Below, one piece after another: positions 53,007-62,101 of a stretch of DNA of 64,000 nucleotides. The stretch is taken from NCBI GenBank assembly GCA_964291215.2, contig OZ219790.1, positions 512,001-576,000 on the forward strand. Reading direction: 5' to 3'. How positions within the stretch are numbered: position 1 is the first letter of the stretch; every line of letters starts with the position of its first letter. This DNA is from Alphaproteobacteria bacterium (lineage in GTDB: Bacteria; Pseudomonadota; Alphaproteobacteria; MPNO01; UBA830). A program made the translations under genes and the position numbers. Under the pieces are notes generated by a model, which saw only the letters and a list, made by a program, of their open reading frames with translations, made no database searches and had not been told where the DNA came from.

Positions 53007-54280
53007 GCGTAATCGTCCGCTTCGCCGGGCTCGTAGAGCGTCTCGCGGCCCAGACGGTCGAGACAGAGCTCGGCCGTCCACGGAAGCATGAGCGATCCCA
53101 ATCGTGAATCGCGGTAGAGTCTCTCCAGCGGCAGGGACTTCAGCATCGACTGGCCGCCGCAGGTGCGGATTGCAAGCCGGCACATGTCATTGGCGGTTTC
53201 CATGACGGTGTACTGCACGGCATAGGCCCGGAGGCGGTTGGCTTTCGGCGGATCGACCCGAGCCTCGGACAGGGCCTGGTGGAAGATGGCCCAAGCCTGC
53301 TGCAGCTTGATCCACATCTCGGCCACGGTGATCTGCTTGGTCGGATACATCCGGCGCTTGACGGGAATGCCCTCGACCTCGCCGCGAAGATAGGAGACAG
53401 TGAAATCGTAAGCCGCCTGTGCAATGCCCATGTAGGTAGGGCAAAGCGTCAGGAACATGTGCGGCCACCTGCGCGCCGCCTGGTGGTAGGCACCGCGCGG
53501 CATGAGCATCTGCTCGTCCGGGATGAACACGTCCTCCATGACCAGGTTCCGCGACACTGTTGCGCGCATGCCAACGGGGTCCCACGGCCCGACGATGGAA
53601 ACACCCTCCACATCCGCCGGAACCGCCATGAAAAGCGTATCCCGCACAGACTTCTCGGGCTTGTCCTCGGTGCACAGAACGCCGTAATAGGTTGCTGCGC
53701 CCGACAGCGACGCGAATATCTTGCGGCCGTTGAGGAGCCAGCCGCCGTCCACCTTCGCTGCCAGAGTACCAAACGGCGCCTTTCCCGCCGCTGCCGCCGA
53801 TCCCTCGGAGAACGGTTGCGCGAATATCGCGCCATCGTCGACGATGCGCGAGAAATGGAGCGCCCGATTCTCCGCGTGCTGGCGCCGGTCGGCATCCGGC
53901 ATGTCGAGATCGTCCGCAATGTGGCCTGTCCATAACGGGGTGCAGGCATGCATGTTGTAGGTCAACGCCGTCGCTCCGCACCAGCGCCCCATCTCGGCGG
54001 CAAGAAGCCCATACGCCTCGTACTCCATGCCAAGCCCACCGTGATGCTCCGGCACCGTCATTGCGAGGATGCCGGCCTCGCGCATGTCGTCATAGTTTTC
54101 GAACGGAAATGACGCCTCCTCGTCGTAGCGGGCCGCACGCGAGGCGAACTTGTCCTTGCCGAGCGCACGGATTACACCCTCGATCGCGTCCCGGTTGCCG
54201 GCGAGGCGGCTCCATTCCGCCCTGGACGCCGTCCGCCTTCCATCGTCGGATCCGGCCTGCTTGCTGCTTTCCATGTCCAC
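53003..54280 (-). CDS. Acyl-CoA dehydrogenase family flavoprotein
   Basis: VPEHHGGLG, LNGRKIFAS, WDPVGMRATVS and LERLYRD. Confidence 0.9.
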   Translation of the reverse strand: MDMESSKQAGSDDGRRTASRAEWSRLAGNRDAIEGVIRALGKDKFASRAARYDEEASFPFENYDDMREAGILAMTVPEHHGGLGMEYEAYGLLAAEMGRWCGATALTYNMHACTPLWTGHIADDLDMPDADRRQHAENRALHFSRIVDDGAIFAQPFSEGSAAAAGKAPFGTLAAKVDGGWLLNGRKIFASLSGAATYYGVLCTEDKPEKSVRDTLFMAVPADVEGVSIVGPWDPVGMRATVSRNLVMEDVFIPDEQMLMPRGAYHQAARRWPHMFLTLCPTYMGIAQAAYDFTVSYLRGEVEGIPVKRRMYPTKQITVAEMWIKLQQAWAIFHQALSEARVDPPKANRLRAYAVQYTVMETANDMCRLAIRTCGGQSMLKSLPLERLYRDSRLGSLMLPWTAELCLDRLGRETLYEPGEADDYA

Positions 54281-54289
54281 CTCCTGCTG

Positions 54290-55066
54290 TCAGGACCGCA
54301 CGGCTGCGAGAAAATCCTCCAGAGCGGCGTTAAAGGCCGGCGGGTCCTCAAGATTCGCGAGATGGCCGAGACCGGGCAGGCAGACATACCTGCACCCAGC
54401 GATGCGTGACGCCATTCTCTCCATCATCGCCGGCGGCGCGTTGCGATCGTGTTCCCCCGCGATCGCCAGAGCGGGGACCGCAATACGGGACAGATTGTCC
54501 CTGCGGTCGAAAGTCACGATACAGGCAATCGCCGCGCGATAGGTCGCCTCGGGCACCCCCGCCATGCACCGCCACGCGATATTCCGTCCATCCGGATCGG
54601 ACGATGCGCCCATCATCTCGTTCACCAACTCGTCCGCGAGGTCAGCCATCGTCGCGCCCTTGTCCAGTGGCTCGAGCCGATCCGTGACGAACTGTTTCTG
54701 AAAGGCGCCGTCAGCACGGCCAAAGGCAGAGCTGGTGGCCGACAGGACGAGCGAGGAAAGGCGGTCTTGATGGGTTGCGGCAAATTCCTGGGCAACCATC
54801 CCGCCCATCGAATGGCCGACGAGATGGACCCTTTCCCATCCCCGTGCGTCAAGAAGCATGGCCAGGGCATCAGACAGTGCGGCAAAGGACATGTCGCCCT
54901 CGAGCCTGCTTGCGCCGTAACCAGGCATGTCCCATGCCGCGGCGCAGCCGTCCCGCGAGAAGTGTTCGAGCTGCGGGCACCAGCTTGCAGAATCACCGCC
55001 GACACCATGAAGAAACAGCACGACATCCCCCTCCCCGCGCACGCTGCAATCGGGAACCACGGTCAT
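54290..55066 (-). CDS. Alpha/beta hydrolase
   Basis: LHGVGG, nucleophile elbow GHSMGG and GHLANLE.P. Confidence 0.9.
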   Translation of the reverse strand: MTVVPDCSVRGEGDVVLFLHGVGGDSASWCPQLEHFSRDGCAAAWDMPGYGASRLEGDMSFAALSDALAMLLDARGWERVHLVGHSMGGMVAQEFAATHQDRLSSLVLSATSSAFGRADGAFQKQFVTDRLEPLDKGATMADLADELVNEMMGASSDPDGRNIAWRCMAGVPEATYRAAIACIVTFDRRDNLSRIAVPALAIAGEHDRNAPPAMMERMASRIAGCRYVCLPGLGHLANLEDPPAFNAALEDFLAAVRS

Positions 55067-56109
55067 GCAAGCTCTCCGCAAAGTTCGCCGGCCTCGACCA
55101 CGGCCTCGTTATCGAGACGGATCGTGCAGTTGCGGAGTGGCAGGTCGAAATGTCCCTGCGTGTAGCGCCCGGCGGTTTCGTTGGCTCCGGTCGAATAGAG
55201 GAAATTGCCGGCAAACGCGCGCAGCTCCGTGCCGTTGACGTCGCGCTTGTCGTACATGGCCAGCGCTTCCCAGCGGGCGGCCGGATTCATTCCCCAGCCG
55301 ACATGGGACACGGCATACGCCTCCCTGTCGCCCCATGCGGCGATGTAGTTCCTGAACAGATCCGCATCGAGTCCTTCGCCACCGATCGCAGCAACGTAGT
55401 CGTTCTCGACTGTCAGCGTTACCGGGCTCTCCAGGTAGCGCTTGAAGGTGAGGTTGACATCCCCTGCATCAAGAACCAGCGTGCCGTTGACCGTGCCGGG
55501 CTTCGGAAAACAGAGCACCAGCCCGCCCGGCCAGTGCGCCACCTGCCCCGGTTTTGCGCAGTAGCCCCAGACCCCGGCGCCTCGGGTATCGCGGATATCG
55601 ATTTCGAGATCCGTGCCGGCTTCCGACCGCACCGTCATGCGCGCCGCCGTGGAGAGGCGGCGGATGCCGGTCTTCACCTTCGGCTCCAGCGCCGGGTCCG
55701 GGACCAGCCTTTCCAACACATCTGGATGTTCGTTCGAGATCATCATCAGCCGTGCGCCGCCATCTAGAATCTCACGCAGTTCCGGGGCATGGAGCATGCC
55801 CTCGACCGTGCAGTCGATCACGATCGTCGATTCGCGAAGGGCTGCCACCACGGGTGCCAGCCCGTCGACGGCCGCCGACGCGCCGGTCGACCGCACCGGA
55901 ACCGGCGCGTCCTGTGCCGGCGACACGAGGCGCACGTGGAACGGGCGTACCCCGAGCCTCTGGAGGGCCAGTTCCGCAAGATGCACGTTGAGGCGGCGCG
56001 ACTGGGTTTCTGAAAGGATGGCGGCGCTGTCGCCGGAAACCAGCCCGCATGACCGGAAGACGGCACAGAAAGCCTCGATCCACTTGCCTTCGATACGATC
56101 CGTGAACAT
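55063..56109 (-). CDS. NicX-like 2,5-dihydroxypyridine dioxygenase / peptidase M29-fold protein
   Basis: GTDL, HWPGG, SHVGWGMNP.ARW, E.RAFAGNFLYSTG.N and HFDLPLRNC. Confidence 0.78.
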   Translation of the reverse strand: MFTDRIEGKWIEAFCAVFRSCGLVSGDSAAILSETQSRRLNVHLAELALQRLGVRPFHVRLVSPAQDAPVPVRSTGASAAVDGLAPVVAALRESTIVIDCTVEGMLHAPELREILDGGARLMMISNEHPDVLERLVPDPALEPKVKTGIRRLSTAARMTVRSEAGTDLEIDIRDTRGAGVWGYCAKPGQVAHWPGGLVLCFPKPGTVNGTLVLDAGDVNLTFKRYLESPVTLTVENDYVAAIGGEGLDADLFRNYIAAWGDREAYAVSHVGWGMNPAARWEALAMYDKRDVNGTELRAFAGNFLYSTGANETAGRYTQGHFDLPLRNCTIRLDNEAVVEAGELCGELA

Positions 56110-56378
56110 GATTTCCCCGCGTTCATTAACCCGGGCCGGCAAGGCCGATCCCACGGCACAGGATACTATGATTTCCGGCTCCGCGCATGCCGCGACGCGG
56201 CAGAACCTGCCAGCCCGCCCGGTGCAGTTCGCATGAAGGAGTCCGCAAAAGCTGTTACGCTCCGCGTACACCGGCAAACTCTGCAGTGCCGTGGCGGGTA
56301 TTCTGTCGAGGCCGCCGAGTGCGTCGCCCGATCTCCGCGGCGCATGCGCGGAAAATGCCGGATCGAGTTGGAGACCGC

Positions 56379-57164
56379 ATGGCGATGAACAGAGACGAAG
56401 ACGCACCTGACAGAATTCGACTTTCGGACGTGTCCAAATGGTTCGGTCCCGAGCAGGTTCTCGACGGCGTTGACCTCGCCGTGCCCGAAGGCGAGAACTT
56501 GGTCGTCATCGGCCCGTCGGCCTCGGGAAAGACGGTGCTCCTCAAGACGATCATCGGCCTGTTCAGGCCGGAGGCGGGAAGCGTCGCCATCTCGGGCCGG
56601 GACAGCGTTGGCCTCCACGGACCGGCACGGGAAGCGCTCGGCCGGATCAGCATGCTGTTCCAACGCGCTGCACTGTTCGACAGCATGCGCGTATGGGAGA
56701 ATGTGACATTTGTCCTGCGACGGACGGAGCGGTTGTCGCGAAGCGATGCGATCGACGCCGCGGTCTCGCGCCTGGCCGATGTCGGACTGGACCCGGAGGT
56801 CGCACTCCTGTACCCGGCAGAACTCTCGGGCGGCATGCAGAAGCGCGTCGGAATCGCGAGGGCCTTGGCCAACACGCCCGATATCCTCCTCCTTGACGAG
56901 CCCACGGCCGGCCTCGATCCGGTCACCGGAACCGTTATTACCAACCTTATTCGGGACAATGTCGGCAGGCTCGGTGCTACGGCAATCACGGTCACCAGCA
57001 GCATGGCAAACGCCCGCGCGCTCGCTGACCGTATAACAATGCTGCACGAGGGCCGGGTGGTCTGGACCGGCGATGCGTCCGGGCTCGCCAGCAGCCGCAA
57101 TCCCTACATCAGACAATTCGTCGATCAGAATCCCGAAGGCCCCATCAGGACGGAGGCCGCCTGA
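56379..57164 (+). CDS. MlaF-like ABC ATPase
   Basis: GPSASGKT, LFQ..ALFDSM, ELSGGMQKRV and DEPTAGLDP. No mlaE or mlaD adjacent. Confidence 0.85.
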   Translation: MAMNRDEDAPDRIRLSDVSKWFGPEQVLDGVDLAVPEGENLVVIGPSASGKTVLLKTIIGLFRPEAGSVAISGRDSVGLHGPAREALGRISMLFQRAALFDSMRVWENVTFVLRRTERLSRSDAIDAAVSRLADVGLDPEVALLYPAELSGGMQKRVGIARALANTPDILLLDEPTAGLDPVTGTVITNLIRDNVGRLGATAITVTSSMANARALADRITMLHEGRVVWTGDASGLASSRNPYIRQFVDQNPEGPIRTEAA

Positions 57165-57283
57165 GAGGGGTGCTCAGCCGGTCGGATGCCGTTTGTTATT
57201 GCCAGGGCGGCGCGTTAGGCTTGCCCGGCATTGAGCACCGCTGCAGTGGCTGGACGCCTCCGCAACGGACAGAAGGGGCCGTA

Positions 57284-57802
57284 ATGGAAATGCAAATGAT
57301 CTCCAGGGCGCATATGTGGTTGCTGAACGCGCTCAAGTTTCTTGCCGGCCTCGTCGTGCTGATGATCTTCGTGATGATCGTCCTGGATGTCGGCGCCACC
57401 ATGCTCAACATCTCGCCCTGGGAGGGGACGATTGGCTTCGTCGAGTACGGCATGCTGTGGTTCACCATGCTGGCCGCGCCGTGGCTCGCCCGCATCAAGG
57501 GTCATGTCTTCATCGATGCCCTCACCCAGCTTTTCTCCCCGGCGGTGCAGAACTTTGCTGCCCGGTTCGCCTATCTGGTGGCCATCATCGGCTCCTCCGC
57601 CTTCTGCTACTACTCCACCCTTCTCGTCGTTGAGGCATTCGAGGCCGAACAGATCGACGAACGCGGCATCGAGATGCTCAACTGGTGGCTCTATGCGCCA
57701 ATGCCGATCGCCTTCTTCCTCGTTGCTGTCGAGTTCCTGCGCTTCCTCCTTGGTTTTGACAATATGTACGGGAGTCGAACCGATGTGCGCGAGGGAATGT
57801 AG
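57284..57802 (+). CDS. dctQ: TRAP small permease
   Basis: About 4 TM segments and GHVFID. Precedes dctM. Confidence 0.88.
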   Translation: MEMQMISRAHMWLLNALKFLAGLVVLMIFVMIVLDVGATMLNISPWEGTIGFVEYGMLWFTMLAAPWLARIKGHVFIDALTQLFSPAVQNFAARFAYLVAIIGSSAFCYYSTLLVVEAFEAEQIDERGIEMLNWWLYAPMPIAFFLVAVEFLRFLLGFDNMYGSRTDVREGM

Positions 57803-57804
57803 CC

Positions 57805-59112
57805 ATGGAGTGGTATTGGGCCTTCGCCCTCCTTCTCGGCATGGTCATCAGCTTCATGGCGATCGGCGTGCCGGTCGCGTTCTCCTTCATCATGACCAAT
57901 TTTCTCGCCGTCCTGATATTCGCCGGCGCGAACGGCCTGATTCAGGTCGTGGACAATTCGACCCAGCTGATCTCGCGTTTCGTGCTCGGCCCGGTGCCGA
58001 TGTTCATCCTCATGGGATCGTTGTTCTTTCACACCGGCCTCGCGATCAAGGTCTTTGACGGGCTCGACGCGATCTTCGGACGCCTTCCCGGACGCCTCTG
58101 CTACCTCACAGTTGCGGGCGGCTCGATATTCTCGACTCTGACCGGGTCGTCGATGGCAAATACCGCCATGCTGGGTTCGCTCCTGGTCCCGGAAATGGAG
58201 AAGCGCGGCTACAGCAAGAAAATGTCGATGGGACCGATCCTCGGCACCGGCGGCCTCGCGATGATTATTCCGCCCTCGGCGCTTGGCGTCTTGCTCGCCG
58301 CAATCGCCGAAATCGATGTCGGGCGGCTGCTGGTCGCCGGCTTCCTGCCCGGATTCGTGCTCGCAGGCCTCTATGCCGCCATGATCACGCTCCAGCTCAT
58401 CCGCAACCCCGGCTCCGCCCCGGCCTACGATGTCGATCCGATGAGCATGGGCACGAGACTCCGTCTCGTCACGACCAACATACTGCCGATGGGGCTGGTC
58501 ATCTTCATGGTCGTGGGCTTCATCGTGTTCGGCATTGCAACGCCTACCGAGGCCGCCGCCTGCGGCGTGCTGGGAGTGATGATTCTCGCCGTCGCCTTCC
58601 GTGCTCTAGATGTGAAATCCGTCTCGGTTTCCCTGGAGGCGACCGTCCGCGTTGCCGCGATGGTGTTTTTCATCATCATGAACTCCACCGTGTTCAGCCA
58701 GATGCTCTCCTATTCGGGCGCCAGCCGCGGCCTGATCGAATGGGTGACGAGCTACGAACTTCATCGGCTTGCAGTCCTGTTCCTGATGTTCTGCGTACTG
58801 ATCCTGCTCGGCATGTTCATGGACGCAACCTCGATGATGCTGATCACAGTACCGATTTTCTTTCCGCTGGCTGGCGCCCTCGGCTTCGACCTGATCTGGT
58901 ACGGGCTGTTCGTCCTGATCACGATCGAGATGGCGGGAACGACCCCGCCCTTTGGGCTGCTCTTGTATGTCATGCTAGGGGTGGCGCCCAAGGGAACCAG
59001 TCTGATCGAGGTCGCCAAGGCTGCGTTCCCGTTCCTTGTCTGCGACACGATCCTGATCATCATCCTGGTCGTCTGGCCCGACCTCGCACTCTGGCTGCCG
59101 AGCCTCATGTAG
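57805..59112 (+). CDS. dctM: TRAP large permease
   Basis: VPMFILMG, LAMIIPPS, ATPTEAA and TPPFG. Confidence 0.95.
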   Translation: MEWYWAFALLLGMVISFMAIGVPVAFSFIMTNFLAVLIFAGANGLIQVVDNSTQLISRFVLGPVPMFILMGSLFFHTGLAIKVFDGLDAIFGRLPGRLCYLTVAGGSIFSTLTGSSMANTAMLGSLLVPEMEKRGYSKKMSMGPILGTGGLAMIIPPSALGVLLAAIAEIDVGRLLVAGFLPGFVLAGLYAAMITLQLIRNPGSAPAYDVDPMSMGTRLRLVTTNILPMGLVIFMVVGFIVFGIATPTEAAACGVLGVMILAVAFRALDVKSVSVSLEATVRVAAMVFFIIMNSTVFSQMLSYSGASRGLIEWVTSYELHRLAVLFLMFCVLILLGMFMDATSMMLITVPIFFPLAGALGFDLIWYGLFVLITIEMAGTTPPFGLLLYVMLGVAPKGTSLIEVAKAAFPFLVCDTILIIILVVWPDLALWLPSLM

Positions 59113-59128
59113 GCCGCGTATCGTCCTG

Positions 59129-59156
59129 AAAAAAGGCGCCGCCCGAAGGCGGCGCC
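59129..59156 (-). terminator. Rho-independent terminator of dctP
   Basis: Minus strand GGCGCCGCC-TTCG-GGCGGCGCC-TTTTTT. Confidence 0.88.
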
Positions 59157-59178
59157 CCAATTCCGATCCGGCCGGATA

Positions 59179-60195
59179 TCAGCTGCCAGCCTTGACCATC
59201 TTCGATTTCAGAAGCTTGAAATCGATCGAGTATTTGCGCTTCTCGGCATCTGCCCAGTTGGCGTTGACGATCGTTCTCGTGAAGGCCTTGCCGTACTCGC
59301 CGGGCAGCGTGTAGTCTTGGACGCCTTCCTTGAAGATCTTCTCGTTGTCCGCCATCGCAAGCTTCTTTATTATTCCGCCAGACTCGTTCTCGTAGTGCAG
59401 TCCGGCCGCCATGACCTGCGCCTGCGCCTTCTTCGGCAACTTGTCGAACTTGTCCTTGTTCATCGTGACAAACGTCGTCGAACGGAAGAAGCCCGGACCG
59501 ACGCGGTACTTTATGAATTTCTGCCAGCCGCGGAAGGCGACGCCGCCCTCGGGCCATGCAAGGCCGTCAACCACGCCCCGCTCGAGCGCCGTATAGACCT
59601 CGGCCGGCGCGATTGTCTTGGTCGTCGCCCCCATCGCCCTGAAAAACGGGGTATACAGAGCTGTCGTGCGCATCTTCAAGCCCTTGAGGTCAAGGCCGGT
59701 AACCTTGCTCGGCTTCGGCTTGTCCTTGAGCCAGATGAAGAACTGATTGTAGCCGTAATAGTTGCCCCAGCCGAGAATCACGGCATTGAGCTTCTCCGCC
59801 CACGCCTTGGACATGAGATCGTAACCGCCGTTTTTGCGCCATTCCTGCGGGGACACGTTGGATATGCCGGTGAGCCGCGCTTCCGGAACCACATTGGCAT
59901 AGTAGGTCGTGGGCGACATGACGATATCGATCAGGCCCCGTTTCATTGCCGCGCCTTGCTTGAAGGCAGGAGTTACCTCGGGACCACCGATATATTTCGC
60001 CTTCACCAGACTCTGATCCTTCTTCATCGCTTCCAGGAATGTCTTGAAGAAGGTCTGGCTTTGATCGTGTTTTTCCCCGAGGGCCGTCGAAACCTTCAGT
60101 TCCTCCGCCGCCTGAACTGGCAGCGCCACCACCGTGGCGGCTACGGCTGCAGTGCACACCGCAGCCAGTTTCCGAAGTGTCAGCTTCATGATCAA
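59179..60195 (-). CDS. dctP: TRAP substrate-binding protein
   Basis: Signal peptide, DLKGLKMR and EVYTALERGVVDG. Confidence 0.92.
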   Translation of the reverse strand: MIMKLTLRKLAAVCTAAVAATVVALPVQAAEELKVSTALGEKHDQSQTFFKTFLEAMKKDQSLVKAKYIGGPEVTPAFKQGAAMKRGLIDIVMSPTTYYANVVPEARLTGISNVSPQEWRKNGGYDLMSKAWAEKLNAVILGWGNYYGYNQFFIWLKDKPKPSKVTGLDLKGLKMRTTALYTPFFRAMGATTKTIAPAEVYTALERGVVDGLAWPEGGVAFRGWQKFIKYRVGPGFFRSTTFVTMNKDKFDKLPKKAQAQVMAAGLHYENESGGIIKKLAMADNEKIFKEGVQDYTLPGEYGKAFTRTIVNANWADAEKRKYSIDFKLLKSKMVKAGS

Positions 60196-60504
60196 TTCTC
60201 CTGATCGAATTCAGTTGATTGTCGCTTGCAAGCCGGCATGGGAAGCTCTGGAGGCCCCCCAAAGTTTCGGACGATCCAAAGGCACCATGTGAATCACGCC
60301 ACCGAATTCGTCCGGAACCGCGTTGCACTGGGCACGTTTCCGTCGTCCCATCGCCAGTATCCGGCTCCTCGCAGATCGAATCCTAGCAGTTCTAATGCTC
60401 CGCGCAACCATAGGCCCCATGGGCCCGCGACGATCCCACGCTAATTCAGAGACGCGAAATCCGAATGCGTTGGGGCTCGGCTCATCACAGATCGCCTCCT
60501 TGAT

Positions 60505-60521
60505 CGCAATTTTCGTGCCAA
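60505..60521 (-). promoter_or_regulatory. Sigma54 (-24/-12) promoter facing dctP
   Basis: Minus strand TTGGCACGAAAATTGCG matches TGGCAC-N5-TTGC. Confidence 0.7.
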
Positions 60522-60728
60522 GAAGGCCCCATCGAGCCTTAGCGGCACGATTGCAGCGCGACGCAAACTGAGAAAATCTCGCCAGTCGTCGCCGGATTAG
60601 TAGCGTGGGATCGCCGTGCCATGGGCCTGCAGGACCTTCCCACGCGGTGGTTGATGTTTGAAAGACCGCTGAACAGGGCACAAATTTCCGCATTCTTGGC
60701 ATGTTTTCCGGCTGCGGCAACCCGTGGA

Positions 60729-61997
60729 GATTACGCAACCTGATGTCTGGAAATTGTCGTGAAGCTCTCAGTCATCGAGCTGTTCCCATTTGATCTTGGT
60801 TTCGGTTTCCCATTTTTCGTCGATAAGGACCGCGGTTGAGAGGCGCTCCAACGAGGCGAGGTTCGGAAAGACCCTGACTTTGGAGGTGCGCCGCTTGAGT
60901 TCTTGCTGGATCGGTCGCTCGATGCCGTTCGAGGTTCGCATGCGCTTGCGGTGAGCATCGGGCAAGGTGAAGACAGCGAGCCCCGCATTCTTTTCCAGCC
61001 AGGAAGCCTGGATGCTTGTCGCTGGCCACGAGGGCGCCTAGTTCAGCCTCGGCGGTTTGGAGTGAGGAGGCGTGGCTCCGAGCTGTTTTCCAATACGTTT
61101 CCTGATGTCGTTGTTCGGTGCGTGCTGCACGGCGTTTTGCGCCAAGTGGAATTGGCAGCGCTGCCATGTCGCCGCGCCCAGCACCGCGCGTCGTGCCGCT
61201 TTCAACCCAGCATGGTCATCCGAGACGATGAAGGTCGTACCATGCAGGGCTAGCAAGCTTTCCAGGAAGGCTCTCCAATGGACCTCGGCCTCGGAGAGCG
61301 CCACAGAGAGCCCCAGAACGTGCCTGCAGCCCCTATTCCGATGGCCGAGAGCACTGCAACATCGCGCACAACGCCGTCATGGCGGGCTTTTTCGTAGCGC
61401 GCATTGAGGATCAGGTATTTCATCAGCCCAAGGGGCCGGTTGCGCCAGGCGGCGAGTTCTTCATCGAGCAATCTGGTGGCCCGGCTGACCTGAGAAGAGG
61501 ACAGGCTCCCGAACTCGCGCATTACATCTTCAGCCTGCCGTGTGGAAACACCCTTGATGTACATCTTGGCTACGGCCACGGCGCGAGAAGATCGCTGGCC
61601 GCGTTCAAGCGACTGGGGGGGTCGTCCCCGTGACCGTTTGGCACCTGAACGGCAACAGTGGGGGTGTCGATCCGCTTGTAGCCGTTGGCATAGCCCTGTC
61701 GCTCCGGCGTCCGTTCGTAGTGGCCCGCTTTCAAGTACTGCTCGCGCTCGATTTGCATCGCAAGCTCGAAGAGCTGGCCAAAGACCCGCCCCAGATCCTT
61801 TGCTCCGTTTGCGATCAGATGTTCCAAAACGGCCTCAATCGTCGTAGTGTGTCGCAGGTCCATTCGCTTCCTCCATGAAGGTTTACAGCTCCATGGGATA
61901 GCACGATGGCGCCGCGTTTCACTGGGGGGCTAGCCCCCAGTGAAACGCCTCAAAGCGCAAACCTCAGACAAATTTCCAGACATCAAGTTACAGTACC
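60729..61997 (-). mobile_element. Degenerate IS256-family element (copy 2)
   Basis: Inverted near-copy of 42036-43295. TSD CCCGTGGA/CCCGTGGG. Confidence 0.92.
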
Positions 61998-62101
61998 CCC
62001 GTGGGGGACGACCCCGCAGCCAGAAAACCCGGCAGCGTCAGATCCGTGCAACCTCCCTCCATCAGCAGTCGGCAAGATTGAACGCAGCGTGGGAAAGTCC
62101 T

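Noticed and set aside
42036-61997. Composite transposon formed by the inverted IS256 pair
   Set aside because: Each copy has its own distinct 8-bp TSD (7/8 match), indicating independent insertions.
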